Below are positions 28,544 through 38,172 of a stretch of 55,655 bases of DNA, piece after piece. The DNA is taken from positions 1 to 55,655 of the forward strand of contig JBCCQQ010000044.1 of NCBI GenBank assembly GCA_039024555.1, read 5' to 3'. The notes below the pieces were generated by a model. It saw nothing but the letters and a program-made list of their open reading frames with translations. It was not told the origin of the DNA and searched no databases. Position 1 is the stretch's first letter. The number at the start of each line of letters is the position of its first letter. The stretch is from Cyanobacteria bacterium P01_D01_bin.156 (GTDB lineage: Bacteria > Cyanobacteriota > Cyanobacteriia > Phormidesmidales > Phormidesmidaceae). The position numbers and the translations under genes are program-made.

Positions 28544-29680
28544 CTAAGCGATCCGAGCACCCTGACACATCACCGAAGTAATGCGAGGAACAACACCGTC
28601 GTGGTGCAGGGTAATCATGTCGGCCCGTTTACCAACCTCTAAACTGCCACGATCACCCTCCAAACCAATGGCCTTGGCAGGGTTGAGGGTAAATAATCGC
28701 ATGGCTTTGTGGAGAGGCACATTCACCTTTTCCACAATCAGGAACATCGCTTGAACTAAACTTTGGGGCACATAGTCTGAGGAGATAATGTCGGCCAAAT
28801 CACGTTCTACTAAATCCATGGCCGACACATTTCCAGAATGGGACCCACCGAGTACCAAATTAGGAGCCCCCATCAACACCTGTAAACCATGGCTATGGGC
28901 TTCTTTTGCCGCGTCTAATGTGGTAGGGAATTCAGCAATGGCCGCCCCATCTTCAATGGCTTCGCGCACATGTTCTGGGGTGGCATCGTCATGGCTCGCT
29001 AAACAAATGTCTCGCTGTTGGGCCAGTTCCACCAGCTTACGACGATTATCCACGGCATGGAGCTGTTGGGCTTTGATGCGATCGCGAATAAAGCCTTCCA
29101 TCTCGTCTGCCGTCACCCCATGTTTACCCTGGTAGTACTCCTTATATTTATCTATCTTCACAAACTGTCGCTGACCGGGGGTGTGGTCCATAAGAGACAC
29201 CAAGGACAGCAGGGGATGGTCCGCATAGGTTTCTACCAGGTCATACACTTCGTCGTAGCCGAGCTCACACCGCAGGTGGAGACGATGGTCCACGGAAAAA
29301 CGCCCTTCTTTCTGCCCATGGTGAATGGTATCAATCATGGGACCAAACTGGGTCATGCGCAGGGACCCCGGTGTGAGGTCACCGATGGAAATGGCATCGC
29401 ATACGGTGGTAATACCGGCACTGGCGAGATCTCGGTCGTGGTGCACTGCAGCCACTTCCAGGGGCCAGCGTACTTTGGGCCGAGGAGACATGCACCGCTC
29501 TAGATTATCGGTGTGTAATTCAATCAAGCCCGGCAACAGGTAGTCGCCATCTCCATTTTGCCCTTGGCCAACGACTCCAGATTGAATATCTGTGATGACC
29601 CCGCCCTTGACCACTAGGGTTCCAAGGATCTCTTCATCAGGCAGCTGCAGCCGATAGTTGGTGTAAATAGTTTCAGTCAT
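28544..29680 (-). CDS. phnM: Alpha-D-ribose 1-methylphosphonate 5-triphosphate diphosphatase
   Basis: PGLIELHTDNLE, HLRCE, MDHTPGQRQF, ASHDD, MGAPNLVLGGSHSGN, SSDYVP. Confidence 0.95.
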   Translation of the reverse strand: MTETIYTNYRLQLPDEEILGTLVVKGGVITDIQSGVVGQGQNGDGDYLLPGLIELHTDNLERCMSPRPKVRWPLEVAAVHHDRDLASAGITTVCDAISIGDLTPGSLRMTQFGPMIDTIHHGQKEGRFSVDHRLHLRCELGYDEVYDLVETYADHPLLSLVSLMDHTPGQRQFVKIDKYKEYYQGKHGVTADEMEGFIRDRIKAQQLHAVDNRRKLVELAQQRDICLASHDDATPEHVREAIEDGAAIAEFPTTLDAAKEAHSHGLQVLMGAPNLVLGGSHSGNVSAMDLVERDLADIISSDYVPQSLVQAMFLIVEKVNVPLHKAMRLFTLNPAKAIGLEGDRGSLEVGKRADMITLHHDGVVPRITSVMCQGARIA

Positions 29681-29780
29681 GGAGCAGGTAAATGAGATGT
29701 CAAAATATGGGAGAACTCTTTCGCAGCCCACTGCAGCTGGTATTGGACAGCAGCGCCAACCCGTTGGATGACCTATTAAG

Positions 29781-29792
29781 GTATAGACATCT
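29781..29792 (-). promoter_or_regulatory. Putative PhnF/GntR-type operator upstream of phnM
   Basis: AGATGTCTATAC, identical to the site upstream of phnC. Confidence 0.6.
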
Positions 29793-29945
29793 CCACACTA
29801 ATAGATTACCAAGGTTAAATTAACGTTATCTTTAGTTTCTATCTGTTCGAATTAGCTGTGTGGAAAATGTTGTAGCCACGTTAATTTGACGAATTTAGGG
29901 CTTGTAGACGATTGTTAAGAGGTTTATTGTTCCTAGTAAAAGTCC

Positions 29946-30659
29946 CTAGCTAAAGATAAGGCTGCGATCGCAAACCCGTTCTCTCACTTCATCATCATGG
30001 AAAATGCCTACCATGGCACAGCCCCGAGATTTTCGTGCTTCGATCAGCTGCATCACCACTTCTCGGTTTGCGGCATCTAATGCAGAGGTGGGTTCATCCA
30101 AGAGCAAAATCGGATAGTCCACTGAAAAGGCGCGGGCTATATTGACTCGCTGTTTTTCTCCCCCCGAAAATGTGGTGGGGGATAACTCCCACAGACGCTC
30201 TGGCAAATTGAGCTGGGCAAACAACTCTTTAACCTTAGTTTGAGCTACTTCGGAGTCTACTCCCAGATCCATCAGGGGTTCAGCGGCCACCTCCACCGCT
30301 GGGACCCGAGGAATTACCCGCAAAAACTGGCTAACGTAGCCCACAGTGTATTGGCGCACCTCAATTAACTCATGGGGAAGCAGCTGGGTGAGGTCTACCC
30401 ATTCTCCCTGGTGCAGTACCCAAATCGAGCCGCTATCTGTACGATAGTTGGCATAAAGGGAGCGCATAAAGGTGGACTTTCCTGACCCCGACGGTCCCTG
30501 GAGGGCCACACATTCCCCAGGCTGTAGGGTTAGAGACACACCTGCTAACACAGGCAGCTGCACACTCCCCTGATGGTGCAGCACAAAGCTTTTATGGAGA
30601 TTCTCCGCCCGGAGTATTGTCTGGGTTTGGGCCGGGGCTGAGAGTTGCAAAGTTTCCAT
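29946..30659 (-). CDS. phnL: C-P lyase ATP-binding protein PhnL
   Basis: KSFVLHHQG, GPSGSGKST, YVSQFLRVIPR, TFSGGEKQRVNIAR. Confidence 0.95.
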   Translation of the reverse strand: METLQLSAPAQTQTILRAENLHKSFVLHHQGSVQLPVLAGVSLTLQPGECVALQGPSGSGKSTFMRSLYANYRTDSGSIWVLHQGEWVDLTQLLPHELIEVRQYTVGYVSQFLRVIPRVPAVEVAAEPLMDLGVDSEVAQTKVKELFAQLNLPERLWELSPTTFSGGEKQRVNIARAFSVDYPILLLDEPTSALDAANREVVMQLIEARKSRGCAMVGIFHDDEVRERVCDRSLIFS

Positions 30660-30673
30660 AGAATAATTAACGA

Positions 30674-30883
30674 TTAATCTAACTGTGTTGCTAGCTCATA
30701 TTCCTTGAGCAGGGTATCGAAATAGGCCCGATCGCTAGGATATGCCTCGGGATTAGCTGAAAACTCTTCACAACAGTGGGGATTACAAAATCCCACGGTG
30801 TTTCCCCGATACCGTGTGAGAGAATCCTCCCGAACGTATTTCCCTGAACGGGGGCAAAACTTGTTAATTGGTTTATTGACCAT
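30674..30883 (-). CDS. Small YHS/TRASH-like Cys protein
   Basis: 69 aa; CPRSGK...YRGNTVGFCNPHC; fills the phnK-phnL gap co-directionally. Confidence 0.7.
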   Translation of the reverse strand: MVNKPINKFCPRSGKYVREDSLTRYRGNTVGFCNPHCCEEFSANPEAYPSDRAYFDTLLKEYELATQLD

Positions 30884-30920
30884 GACATCAGCCCTTTCAG
30901 TGTGTGAGTAGTCAATATAT

Positions 30921-31691
30921 TTAGGGAACTAATGTGGCATTAACGAGCTGTTGGGTATAGGGATGGTGGGGGTCATCCAATACCTGATCGGTCAGACCGG
31001 CTTCAACCACTTGGCCGTTTTGCATCACCATTAGCCGATGGGCAAGGAGACGCACTACGCCAATATCATGGGTGACCAGAATGACGCTGAGGTTAAGGGT
31101 GCGCACCAGAGACCGCATAAGGTCCAACAGCCTAGCTTGTACCGATACATCCAGGCCACCAGTGGGCTCGTCCATCAGCACAATCCGGGGACGGGTGACC
31201 AGAATGCGGGCCAGCTGTAGTCGCTGCTGCATACCGCCGGAAAATGTTGTTGGAAAGTTGTCGATGCGATCGCGGGGAATTTCTACTTCGCTGAGCCACT
31301 GGAGGGCTTCGGTACGAATATTGCCATAGTGGCGCTCTCCCACGTCTAACAGGCGCTCCCCAATATTCGCCCCGGCAGTCACCGTCATCCGCAGACCATC
31401 CCTGGGATTTTGTCGCACAAACCCCCATTCGGTTTTCATCAGTCTGCGCCGTCGGGGTTCGGCCATGGTGCGCAGATTAATCAGATTGTTGTCTCGGTCG
31501 CAGTAGGTTATTTCACCTTCTTCAAAGGGTACTTGGCCAGCAATGCTATCCAGCAGGGTACTTTTACCGGAGCCAGATTCGCCAATGATGCCCAATACCT
31601 GACCAGGGTAGAGGGTAAAGGAGATGCGATCGCAGGCACGCAGATGGCCATAGTACTTGCTGAGATTGTTAACCGTCAGTAGTGGGTCCAT
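30921..31691 (-). CDS. phnK: C-P lyase ABC protein PhnK
   Basis: GESGSGKST, TEWGFVRQNPRDGLRM, FSGGMQQR, DQVLDDPHHPYTQ. Confidence 0.95.
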   Translation of the reverse strand: MDPLLTVNNLSKYYGHLRACDRISFTLYPGQVLGIIGESGSGKSTLLDSIAGQVPFEEGEITYCDRDNNLINLRTMAEPRRRRLMKTEWGFVRQNPRDGLRMTVTAGANIGERLLDVGERHYGNIRTEALQWLSEVEIPRDRIDNFPTTFSGGMQQRLQLARILVTRPRIVLMDEPTGGLDVSVQARLLDLMRSLVRTLNLSVILVTHDIGVVRLLAHRLMVMQNGQVVEAGLTDQVLDDPHHPYTQQLVNATLVP

Positions 31692-31703
31692 TAAACGCTC
31701 TCC

Positions 31704-32609
31704 TTACTGTCCTAGTTTCTGGGCACGGCCAGACTGTTCTCGCTGGCGCTGTTCGCAGTAGTCCGTATCCGAACAAATCCACATGCGCCCCCCCTGATCG
31801 TCAATCACCACCTCATCCAAATAACTATCCGTGGCACCACAAAACTCACAGGCATGCTCCCAGTTCTCCACTGAAAAGGGATGATCCTCGAAATCTAAGC
31901 TCTTCACCTTTGTATAGGGGGGTATGGCATAAATCCGTTTTTCCCGCCCTGCCCCAAACAGCTGTAGCGCTGGGTTCATATCCATTTTAGGATTGTCAAA
32001 TCTAGGAATCGGGCTAGGGTTCATCAAGTGACGATCGTTGACCATCACCGGATAATCGTAGGCCAAGGAGATCCGCCCAAACTTGGTAATGTCCTCATAG
32101 AGTTTGACGTACATCGGGCCATACTCTTCCAACGCATGCATTTTGTTCGCCTCGGTGCGGGACGGCTCAATAAAATAAAGCGGTTCCGGCATCGGTACCT
32201 GGTACACAAACACCTGCCCTTCTTTAAGCGGGGTTTCAGGAATCCGGTGGCGTGTTTGGATCAGCGTTGCTTCTTGAGTATCTTCCGTAGTGGCGACACC
32301 ACACACTTTTTTGAAGAAGCGTCGAATATTTACGGCATTAGTCGTATCGTCTGCCCCCTGATCGATTACCTTGAGCGTATCCTCTTGACCAATCACAGAG
32401 GCCGTCACCTGAATACCCCCCGTCCCCCAACCATAGGACATGGGCATTTCTCTTGAGCTAAAGGGAATTTGATGCCCCGGAATGGCCACAGCCTTGAGAA
32501 TCGCTCGCCGGATAGAGCGCTTAGTTTGTTCATCCAGGTAGGCAAAGTTGAATCCAGGCTCGGGATTCGAAGGGGGAGATGCAGACGATAAGGACAAAGA
32601 AGAGACCAT
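31704..32609 (-). CDS. phnJ: Alpha-D-ribose 1-methylphosphonate 5-phosphate C-P lyase
   Basis: FAYLDEQTKR, MPMSYGWGTGG, GAGREKRIYA, CEFC...CSDTDYC. Confidence 0.97.
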   Translation of the reverse strand: MVSSLSLSSASPPSNPEPGFNFAYLDEQTKRSIRRAILKAVAIPGHQIPFSSREMPMSYGWGTGGIQVTASVIGQEDTLKVIDQGADDTTNAVNIRRFFKKVCGVATTEDTQEATLIQTRHRIPETPLKEGQVFVYQVPMPEPLYFIEPSRTEANKMHALEEYGPMYVKLYEDITKFGRISLAYDYPVMVNDRHLMNPSPIPRFDNPKMDMNPALQLFGAGREKRIYAIPPYTKVKSLDFEDHPFSVENWEHACEFCGATDSYLDEVVIDDQGGRMWICSDTDYCEQRQREQSGRAQKLGQ

Positions 32610-32710
32610 AATTTACACAAACAGAATAATGACCGTAGGTTGGGCTGAATTTGTGAAACCCAAAAAACTAAAGCTTAGAAACGTCTAACGTAATGTGATT
32701 CATCCCCTAA

Positions 32711-33904
32711 TCATGGGGCTGTTACCTGCTGAGACGGGGAGATATCTTCTGTTGTTGTTTTCAACGTGGTTGGCGTTCTCCCTTTCGAGCGATCATAATC
32801 ACCACGCAACTTACGAATTAGATTTAGTTCAGCCTGAAAATCAATGTAATGGGGCAGTTTCAGGTGCTGTACAAATCCCTGGGCCTCAATATTATCGGAA
32901 TGGTAGAGAACAAACTCTTCGTCTTGGGCTGGGCCATCAATGGATTCACCCAAGTCTTTGGCTTGTAGCGCCCGATCCACCAAAGCCATGGCCATAGCCT
33001 TGCGTTCGTTATAGCCAAATATTAGCCCATACCCCTGGGTAAACTGGGGTGGAATCTCCTTGCTGCCCTTAAACTGGTTGACCATTTGCACTTCAGTAAC
33101 AGTGATATCGGCAATGGCAATTTCAAAACCCAGTTCTTCCGGAAGAATAACAACTTCCACCCCTCCCATGCGAATCTCGCCAGCAAAGGGATGATTTTTA
33201 CCATAGCCTCGCTGGGTGGAGTAAGCCATGGATAACAAAAACCCTTCATCACCACGGGCGAGATTTTGCAAACGCGCATCGCGGTTAGTGGGTGTGGTTA
33301 GGGACTGGCGCGTAATATCAAATGGTTCTGTCGTAGGCTGGCTGGCTACATCAGATTTATGACCAGCTCCATTAGCCTCTCCCCTATCAGGTGGCGGCAT
33401 CACCAATCCTTCCTGTGCCAGCGTATTGGCTACCCGAGGGGTCGCCTCAGACATGTCAACAGCATCGCTGACAGGAGCAGGAAAGTCATTATCTTCAGCG
33501 GCCAACTTAAAATCTAACAACCGGTGAATGTAATCAAATGTAGGTCCTAGCTTTTGTCCCCCAGGAGCATCCTTGAAAATAGCTGAAATCCGCCGCTGAA
33601 TAGCCATGTGACTAGTATCTAATGGCTCACTGTAGTAAAGCCGTGGCAGGGTGGTACGGTAGGCCCGCAACAGAAAAGCAGCCTCTACGAGATCTCCCCA
33701 GGACTGTTTAATGGCCAGGGCAGCCAGGTCCGGATCGTACAGACTGCCTTCGGCCATTACCCGATTAACCGCCAGCTGCATCTGCTGCTTGATTTGGTCT
33801 AGTGATAGTTCTGGTATGTCAGTGCTACCGCGCCGTTTGGCTTTGAGCAATGCCTCAGCATTTTGGATAGCCTGTTCTCCACCTTTAACTGCAACGTAAG
33901 GCAT
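32711..33904 (-). CDS. phnI: C-P lyase subunit PhnI
   Basis: YVAVKGGEQAI, FLLRAYRTTLPR, YSTQRGYG, GFVQHLKLPHYIDFQ. Confidence 0.97.
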   Translation of the reverse strand: MPYVAVKGGEQAIQNAEALLKAKRRGSTDIPELSLDQIKQQMQLAVNRVMAEGSLYDPDLAALAIKQSWGDLVEAAFLLRAYRTTLPRLYYSEPLDTSHMAIQRRISAIFKDAPGGQKLGPTFDYIHRLLDFKLAAEDNDFPAPVSDAVDMSEATPRVANTLAQEGLVMPPPDRGEANGAGHKSDVASQPTTEPFDITRQSLTTPTNRDARLQNLARGDEGFLLSMAYSTQRGYGKNHPFAGEIRMGGVEVVILPEELGFEIAIADITVTEVQMVNQFKGSKEIPPQFTQGYGLIFGYNERKAMAMALVDRALQAKDLGESIDGPAQDEEFVLYHSDNIEAQGFVQHLKLPHYIDFQAELNLIRKLRGDYDRSKGRTPTTLKTTTEDISPSQQVTAP

Positions 33905-33922
33905 GGTTCTCTCCTGCTGGTT

Positions 33923-34369
33923 CTAAGTGAGTTCGACTTGATAGCTGTAGCCATGTTGAGTGAATCCCAAAGATTCATAAAATACATGGGCTGCTTTGCG
34001 CCGGAGATTTGTAGAGATGGTGAGTTTATAACACCCAGCAGCGCGACATTGATCCATAGCAACGGTCATCATCTGGCGGCCAATGCCCTGCCCCTGTAGC
34101 TCGGGTGCCACACCAACCGCCTCAACAATGCCGGATGGACTGCTGTGGTGGACCAAATTATCCATTATTAAGAGGGCAAATGTGCCAACAATTCTCTCCG
34201 CCAAACAGGCCACCCACAGGGTGTACCGGGGATAGGTTTGAATTTTTGAAAACCATTGCTCAATGTCGGTCAGTGCCAAAATAGCACTGTGTTCTAGACC
34301 TGAATGGTTATAGATTTCTAATACTTGAGGCAGATCTTCAACAGTGCCAAGACGAATGGTCAAAGTCAT
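33923..34369 (-). CDS. GNAT acetyltransferase within the phn operon (PhnO-like)
   Basis: VAPELQGQGIG acetyl-CoA motif, GCYKL, AHVFYESLGF; 4-nt overlap with phnH. Confidence 0.85.
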   Translation of the reverse strand: MTLTIRLGTVEDLPQVLEIYNHSGLEHSAILALTDIEQWFSKIQTYPRYTLWVACLAERIVGTFALLIMDNLVHHSSPSGIVEAVGVAPELQGQGIGRQMMTVAMDQCRAAGCYKLTISTNLRRKAAHVFYESLGFTQHGYSYQVELT

Positions 34370-34965
34370 GCAACCTCCCTAGAGTTGATGACTAATTTAG
34401 ATGTGCGCGGTATGCCTATGAGCTGCCCTTGAGCAAAACACCAGCAGTCTAACCCAAGGGGGTAGTCGTGGGTCATGGCTTCCCACTGCTGCCAAAACCT
34501 AGCTCCCACAGGCAGATTGACATCAATGTTTTGCAGTATTCCAGGCCCCTGGAGTTGAACCGTCGCTCCTCCCGTCAACCTAGGTAGCTGCACTAACAAA
34601 GATGTAGAAGCTTCGGGATATTCGGCACTACCCCAGGAAAAGTCTTGTAGGTCAGGAGCATTGACAATGTCCCAGATCAAGGCAAAGTTAGCTGCATCCG
34701 GGTTACTTGTAAACCGACACCCGGTATGAAACCCGAGCCAAGACCGAATATCGTCTGACAGTCCTGGCTGGAGCCACACCAGAGTTTCGAGATCTAGCAG
34801 CGTGAGGCAAGCTGCAGCACAGCTAGACATTAAACCATCAGGCACCGTGGGAGAAACCGTTGTTGTTTGAGGAATGCCGGGACGGGCCAGCGCATCCAAC
34901 AAGGCTCGAAACGTTTGTTGAGCATCGTGAACGGCATCGGTAAATCCGGTTAGTTGGGTCACCAT
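34366..34965 (-). CDS. phnH: C-P lyase subunit PhnH
   Basis: AQQTFRALLDALARPG, LTLLDLET, FHTG, YPEAS, GPGI, YPLGLD, IPRT. Confidence 0.95.
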   Translation of the reverse strand: MVTQLTGFTDAVHDAQQTFRALLDALARPGIPQTTTVSPTVPDGLMSSCAAACLTLLDLETLVWLQPGLSDDIRSWLGFHTGCRFTSNPDAANFALIWDIVNAPDLQDFSWGSAEYPEASTSLLVQLPRLTGGATVQLQGPGILQNIDVNLPVGARFWQQWEAMTHDYPLGLDCWCFAQGQLIGIPRTSKLVINSREVA

Positions 34966-34967
34966 GG

Positions 34968-35420
34968 TCAACTCTCCCCCCGCAGCATGGTAAAGAAATT
35001 AACGCGAGTGGATTCTACCTCAGCTGTCTGGTCCTGATACATTTTCTGAATAGCAGTTTGGAGTGGAGCAATCACTTTTGCCTGGACCTGGTTTTGCCAG
35101 TCGGGATGCTGGAGCAACCCATCACATAGGGCCGCCAGCTCAGCATGGCGCTTTGAGCGACCGGCCACGTAGCCAAATCCGGTCATATCCCCCAACTGAA
35201 TCACACAGCGGGTTAGGGTCATTTCTCCTAGGTTAAAGGGCTGGCCAGTCCCTTCAGCACGACCGCGTACCATGGTTAGCCCCGTTTCAGGCGATCGCAA
35301 AAATCCGTACTCGGGCAGTTGCTCTAAAGTCGCCACACATTGCTCTAAAAGTTCTAGGGGCGCTTTGGCTAGAACCGCCATCCAAGCGGCCCTGACCGCC
35401 TGCTGCGTCGTTGTCACCAT
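34968..35420 (-). CDS. phnG: C-P lyase subunit PhnG
   Basis: RAAWMAVLA, PETGLTMVRGR, FNLGEMTLTRC, TRVNFFTMLRGE. Confidence 0.95.
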   Translation of the reverse strand: MVTTTQQAVRAAWMAVLAKAPLELLEQCVATLEQLPEYGFLRSPETGLTMVRGRAEGTGQPFNLGEMTLTRCVIQLGDMTGFGYVAGRSKRHAELAALCDGLLQHPDWQNQVQAKVIAPLQTAIQKMYQDQTAEVESTRVNFFTMLRGES

Positions 35421-35453
35421 GACTTAACTAGAAATGAACTATCAGTTAAATTT

Positions 35454-35465
35454 GTCTAGACATCT
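35454..35465 (-). promoter_or_regulatory. Putative PhnF/GntR-type operator upstream of phnG
   Basis: AGATGTCTAGAC, overlapping the palindrome TGTCTAGACA, within AATTTGTCTAGACATCTAAACAAATT. Confidence 0.6.
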
Positions 35466-35934
35466 AAACAAATTATTGCAGTCTATTTTGCAGTTATCTG
35501 ACTCTGACAGAAATGCCAAAATAATGAGGTGTTTAGGAATACATAGATACTTATTGACTTTTGTCAATAAGTATCTATGGGTGGGTTTGCGGCACTCCCT
35601 TTCAGTCTCAGTTTTCAGGCAAAATTCGAGCGATCTTAAATCCGTCGTACCCCTTGCTGTCCACTGTCTGAATTGCTGTAGCTGAAAGGTGGGGTGATCC
35701 GCAATCATTTGCAAAAACGGGCGTATACTCCCTTTCTAGGAGAACTACTCGCCCATCAGAAGCCACTGCTCGCCCCAGCCAAGTGGTGCTGTCATCAGCG
35801 AGAGTTCCATAAAGTAATCATCAACTGTGGTCCACACGTCTGGTTCATGTGTGTTCTCTCCTTACCATTGGCCCTAAAAAACGGAACCATGATGCTTACC
35901 ATAGGCGCATAAAAGATAGATTAATGCTTCAACT

Positions 35935-36300
35935 TCAGTCCTCGCGCTCATTCAATAACTTAACAGCGTGAGTCTCACCCCACGTTTTCAGCGCAATCAG
36001 AAGTGGCTCAAGTGTTCTGCCTGCCTCAGTCAGCTCATATTCCACACGTGGAGGGACTTCGGGGTAGACCATCCGGTTAACCAAACCGCTAGATTCAAGT
36101 TCGCGAAGCTGCTTTGTGAGCATTCTTTGAGTAACACAACCGATTTGGCGTTGGAGCTCATTAAAACGCATTCTCCTATCGAGCAAATGATATAAGACAA
36201 TGCCCTTCCACTTACCACCAATCAACTCCAATGTGGCTTCGACAGGACATGCCGGGAGATTGTAAACGACATGCCTTGTCTTCTTTTGCTTGGCTACCAT
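35935..36300 (-). CDS. HxlR family transcriptional regulator
   Basis: [39 protein letters not shown]. Confidence 0.92.
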   Translation of the reverse strand: MVAKQKKTRHVVYNLPACPVEATLELIGGKWKGIVLYHLLDRRMRFNELQRQIGCVTQRMLTKQLRELESSGLVNRMVYPEVPPRVEYELTEAGRTLEPLLIALKTWGETHAVKLLNERED

Positions 36301-36463
36301 TTTGTGCCTACCGGTCCAAATTGTGCGTTCTTGAAGAAATTACTGAAATCCATATTATCAAGATCGGCGAGCAGCTGAAATACTCTAGCGTCAGGTTTCC
36401 TAACTGCAGGTAAACACCCCGCAGCTAATTTGCAACGCACTACACCCACGAAGGAAAGAAACC

Positions 36464-37309
36464 ATGAACTACGAAGGCTACACCACATTTAGCGCAGAAC
36501 TGAGCGATGCCATTTTGACTGTTACATTCGATTACCCGCCAGTTAACGTTCAGGGGCAGGAAATGCTGGCTGACTTAAATGGTTTGGCAATGAGACTTGA
36601 ACGCGACCGTGAGGTTAAGGTGGTTGTTTTCCAATCAGCCCACCCGGAAATCTGGGTCTGTCACTACGACACGAATCTCCTAAAAGATATGTCAACAGAA
36701 ACCGTCTCCCGCGAAGACGCTAAATTACTTGACTTACAATTTGTTTTAGAGCGCATTAGTAAGTTACCTCAGGCCACCATTGCTAAACTCGAAGGCTTTG
36801 CCCGTGGTGGTGGTCATGAGTTTGCACTTGCCTGTGACATGCGTTTCGCAGCACGAGGTAAATTCAAGTTTATGCAAATGGAGGTGGGCATGGGCATCTT
36901 GCCCTGTGGTGGCGGTGCATCCCGCATGGCACGACAGGTCGGGCTAGGCAGGGCATTAGAAATTATTCTGAGTGCCCGTGACTTTGGTGCTGATGAAGCC
37001 GAAGCATACGGCACAATCAACAAAGCACTCGATCCAGAAGAGATTGGTCCCTATGTCGATGAGTTGGCCCAGCGGATTGCCAAATTTCCAGCGGCATCCA
37101 TCAATGCCTGTAAACAGGCGGTTTATGAATCTATCGATAAGCCCATTGATGAAGCGCTGAAAGCCGAAGCTTACTGGCTCTACCAAGCAACTAACAAGAC
37201 CCCTGCCATCAAGCGTTTTACCATCGCTGACGAGAAAGGTATGGAGCATGACATGGAGAACCAACGCAACTGGAATGATTTAGTGATGCAGGTTCAGGAA
37301 ATCAACTAG
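36464..37309 (+). CDS. Enoyl-CoA hydratase/isomerase family protein
   Basis: ARGGGHEFALACDMRFA, MEVGMGILPCGGG; divergent from hxlR. Confidence 0.9.
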   Translation: MNYEGYTTFSAELSDAILTVTFDYPPVNVQGQEMLADLNGLAMRLERDREVKVVVFQSAHPEIWVCHYDTNLLKDMSTETVSREDAKLLDLQFVLERISKLPQATIAKLEGFARGGGHEFALACDMRFAARGKFKFMQMEVGMGILPCGGGASRMARQVGLGRALEIILSARDFGADEAEAYGTINKALDPEEIGPYVDELAQRIAKFPAASINACKQAVYESIDKPIDEALKAEAYWLYQATNKTPAIKRFTIADEKGMEHDMENQRNWNDLVMQVQEIN

Positions 37310-37327
37310 TGAGTCTTGGGCAAATGC

Positions 37328-37413
37328 CGTTGCTGATTTAAGGTATAAAACTGTTTGTAAGACGTATTATGTCCGATACTCTTCAGATAGAGTCATGCCG
37401 AGGATCAGCGACG
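37328..37413 (+). repeat. 86-bp copy of the dispersed hairpin element
   Basis: CGTTGCTGATTTAAGGTATAAA...TCATGCCGAGGATCAGCGACG. Confidence 0.8.
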
Positions 37414-37568
37414 ACAGGAAAATAAAAAGATTGGCGTCGAGTTTTTCGAGCGGTTTTTTGCGATAGATGTTGCAGAAACTCTCGCATTAATCGACGTTTT
37501 TCTGATTATTTGTTGTTATTGCTAATTGGGACTGAAAAACTGAACAATTAGCTGTTTATCTTTTTGGT

Positions 37569-37782
37569 ATACAACGCTTTCAAGTAATGCAATTCCACCA
37601 TCAGACGCGCCGGTATTGGTGGCCGTTCATCTGAGGGGCTTAATACGTCCAAACTCCTGAAATTAGACCTAATCCATTGATTTAGCCAATTTTGTTAACG
37701 AATGCTGGCAATTGAGCTGATCCGCTTCGGGAGGATTTGATGTTGCATCAGATACCCCTGAATCTGAATTTGGGTGCTTCAT
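37569..37782 (-). pseudogene. Decayed N-terminus of an IS5-family transposase
   Basis: ...QLNCQHSLTKLAKSMD*V*F then, after a frameshift, RPPIPARLMVELHYLKALY, like the IS5 motif GRP.LP.RLMVGLHYLK. Confidence 0.65.
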
Positions 37783-37945
37783 TTTGAATATTTTTGGAGT
37801 AGATGGGCGTCTGTTAATTCCACGGCAATTTATAGAGGCTGGAACCCATGACCTGATGCGATGCTAGATTCCTCAGGGATAACTGAGTACAGTGTAGGAA
37901 CTGAGTCAGCACCCGTGCCAAACTCGTCGGCAGAGTGATTCTTTC

Positions 37946-38032
37946 CGTTGCTGATTGAGGGGATGAAACGGTCTGCAGAACTGACCAGTTACCTGGATAT
38001 GACAGGCAAACCCATCCTGAGGAGCAGCAACG
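37946..38032 (+). repeat. 87-bp copy of the dispersed hairpin element
   Basis: CGTTGCTGATTGAGGGGATGAA...CCATCCTGAGGAGCAGCAACG; core similar to the copy at 17631. Confidence 0.85.
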
Positions 38033-38172
38033 CCTAATTTTTATTTAGAATGAGTCGGTGACAGCAATAGATCTAACGTAATAAATGTGCAAACGCTACC
38101 AAAGATTAGTGCTTGGGAGCGTTACTGCTTGATGTTGTGAAATGCGCTGTAACCGCTGTTACTTTAAGTCGA

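Noticed and set aside
35790..35848. Minus-strand fragment MNQ/DVWTTVDDYFMEL after an AAGGAG RBS, like an O-methyltransferase N-terminus
   Set aside because: Under 20 codons and frameshifted; too short to support a call
37468..37480. TGTTGCAGAAA, also at 48551, as possible IS ends
   Set aside because: Only 11 bp, same orientation in both places, and no transposase can be assigned
38069..38165. ATCTAAC core upstream of the CPBP gene as a possible attC
   Set aside because: No matching L boxes or partner core at the correct spacing
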